NCBI RefSeq assembly: GCF_963506605.1
Contig: NC_083286.1
Location: 44,888,001 to 44,952,000 of the forward strand
Reading direction: 5' to 3'
DNA from: Zootoca vivipara
Taxonomy: Eukaryota
Length of the DNA: 64,000 nt
Of this stretch, positions 62,415-64,000 are shown piece by piece (position 1 is the stretch's first letter; every line of letters starts with the position of its first letter). The translations under genes were made by a program, and so were the position numbers. The notes under the pieces were generated by a model that saw nothing but the letters and a program-made list of their open reading frames with translations, searched no databases and had not been told where the DNA came from.

Positions 62415-62521
62415 AGAGAGAGAGAGAGAGCTCAGTGAACTATAGTTCCCAGGGGTTCCTGGTGAAAGCAAATAAAATCTGGAGAGTAAATATGCTCTTA
62501 GTCACCATCTGGATGCCTATA

Positions 62522-62751
62522 CAATGGTACCTCGAGTTACAAACGCCTCAGGTTACAAACGCTTCAGGTTACAAACTCCGCTAACCTGGAAGAGTGACCT
62601 CGAGTTGAGAACTTTGCCCCAGGATGAGAACGGAAATTGTGTGCCGGCGGCACAGTGGCAGCAAGAGGCCCCATTAGCGAAAGCACACCTCTAGTTAAGA
62701 GCAGTTTCAGGTTAAGAACGGACCTTACGTTCATAACTAGAGGTACCACTG
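62522..62751. mobile_element. Tc1/mariner MITE
   Basis: TA TSD; same family as 18086. Confidence 0.8.
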
Positions 62752-63058
62752 TACTTCTTGTCCAGGTATGGCAAACAACTCCCATCAATCCCAGACATTG
62801 GGATCAATAGTCGGAGGTGATGAGAGCCCTGGTTCAACAACACCTGGAGGGTCACAGGTTGTCCAAACGTGGTCTAGTCTCTTGTCCTGTAAACTACCTC
62901 CAAAGAACCTGACACTCTCCTTACAATGTGCGAAGGGAACTAGTGTAAAAACATAACAGGAATGATGTTAATGTCACCTCCTTTTGGCCTATAGTTTGTG
63001 GGGATTTTCTTATATATACAATGAATATATAATGGTTCTTTTAAAAAAAATAACTAGC

Positions 63059-63364
63059 AGAATCATAGAACTGTAGACTTGGAAGGGACCCCGAGGATTA
63101 AGTTAGTTCAACCCCCTGCAATGCAGGAATCTCAACTAGAACATCCATGGCAGGTGGCCATCCAGCTTCTGCTTAAAAACCACCAAGGAAGGAGAGTCCA
63201 CCACCTCTCATGGGAGTTTGTCCACTGTCAAACAGCTCTTAGTGTCAGTAAGTTCTTCCTGATGTTTAGTCGGAATCTCTTGTAACTTGAGGCCGTTGGT
63301 TCAGATCCTACCCTCCAGAGCAGGGGGGGGGGGGAGCTTGCTCCATCTTCCATGTGACAGCCCT
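63059..63364 (-). mobile_element. CR1 3' fragment
   Basis: Reverse complement of the CR1 tail (AGAATCATAGAA...GGAAGGGACC). Confidence 0.8.
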
Positions 63365-63370
63365 ATAGAT

Positions 63371-63506
63371 CAGGCATCCCCAAACTGCGGCCCTCCAGAT
63401 GTTTTGGCCTACAACTCCCATGATCCCTAGCTTACTGGACCAGTGGTTGGGGAAGATGGGAATTGTAGTCCAAAACATCTGGAGGGCTGAAGTTTGGGGG
63501 TGCCTG
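63371..63506. mobile_element. hAT-type hairpin MITE
   Basis: Same family; TSD CTATAGAT. Confidence 0.88.
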
Positions 63507-64000
63507 CTATAGATATTTGAAGATGGATATGCTGAACTGGACTTACTAAAAATTCTATTTTTTAAAAAAATGAGTTTATAGAAAACACCAGTTACCATGC
63601 AAAAGATTTTGAGCTGATTCCCAGGCTGTTTTCACAAGGCTGCCCCCAAACAGTACTGCTTAGTCACACAACGTAAAGGCACCAGAATCCCGTGTTATGC
63701 TTATACTTCGTAAATAACGAGATATGCATGTTGGAAGCAGAACTGTGAGGATTTATGAAAGAAATTCTCTCCAGCTGGCCTGCTTCCTCTTCCTTTCCCT
63801 TGCCAGTTTCCAAGCATCTAGCTTTCAGCTAATAAAACCGTAATTGGCAAAATCCCACTTGAGGGAAGGAAGGGAACAAACAACGCCTCACATTCGCTTT
63901 CTGCGAGGTCCGTCTCCGAGTGAGGTTGTTAGGATGCCGCAGAAGTTGATTCCCCAAACCCAGGAAATGGGCTGACTTATTAACATTTCCCTGCACCTTA

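Noticed and set aside
61890-62445. ORFs containing X runs (also 28198-28453)
   Set aside because: Artefacts of assembly gaps.
50080-64000. GHR exons 2 and 3
   Set aside because: No signal-peptide exon recognised; it probably lies beyond the window, though a small divergent exon could have been missed.

Overview
Squamate (lizard, probably lacertid, inferred from the Sauria-SINE subtype) genomic DNA containing the conserved SELENOP-CCDC152-GHR block. (1) SELENOP, + strand: TATA promoter near 7876, non-coding exon 1, and four coding exons (9333-13590) giving 372 aa with 13 in-frame UGA/selenocysteine codons. Its 3'UTR has two SECIS elements, and SECIS1 has a GUGA core. The supplied ORF track misses most of this gene because it treats UGA as stop. 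(2) CCDC152, - strand: 8 coding exons (28680-14946, 244 aa), tail-to-tail with SELENOP, with overlapping AATAAA/ATTAAA signals on opposite strands. (3) GHR, - strand: exons 4-10 (50079-39353) plus a long 3'UTR; the upstream exons were not found in the window. The remainder is dense in transposable elements: hAT and mariner MITEs, Sauria and Squam3-like SINEs, CR1, BovB, L2 and RTE-X-like LINE fragments, a Penelope remnant with an intact minimal hammerhead ribozyme motif, and a solo LTR with an ORF ending in an HMGN-like RRSARL motif. There are two assembly gaps. All coordinates were read by hand; comparisons with human or chicken are from memory and need alignment to confirm.
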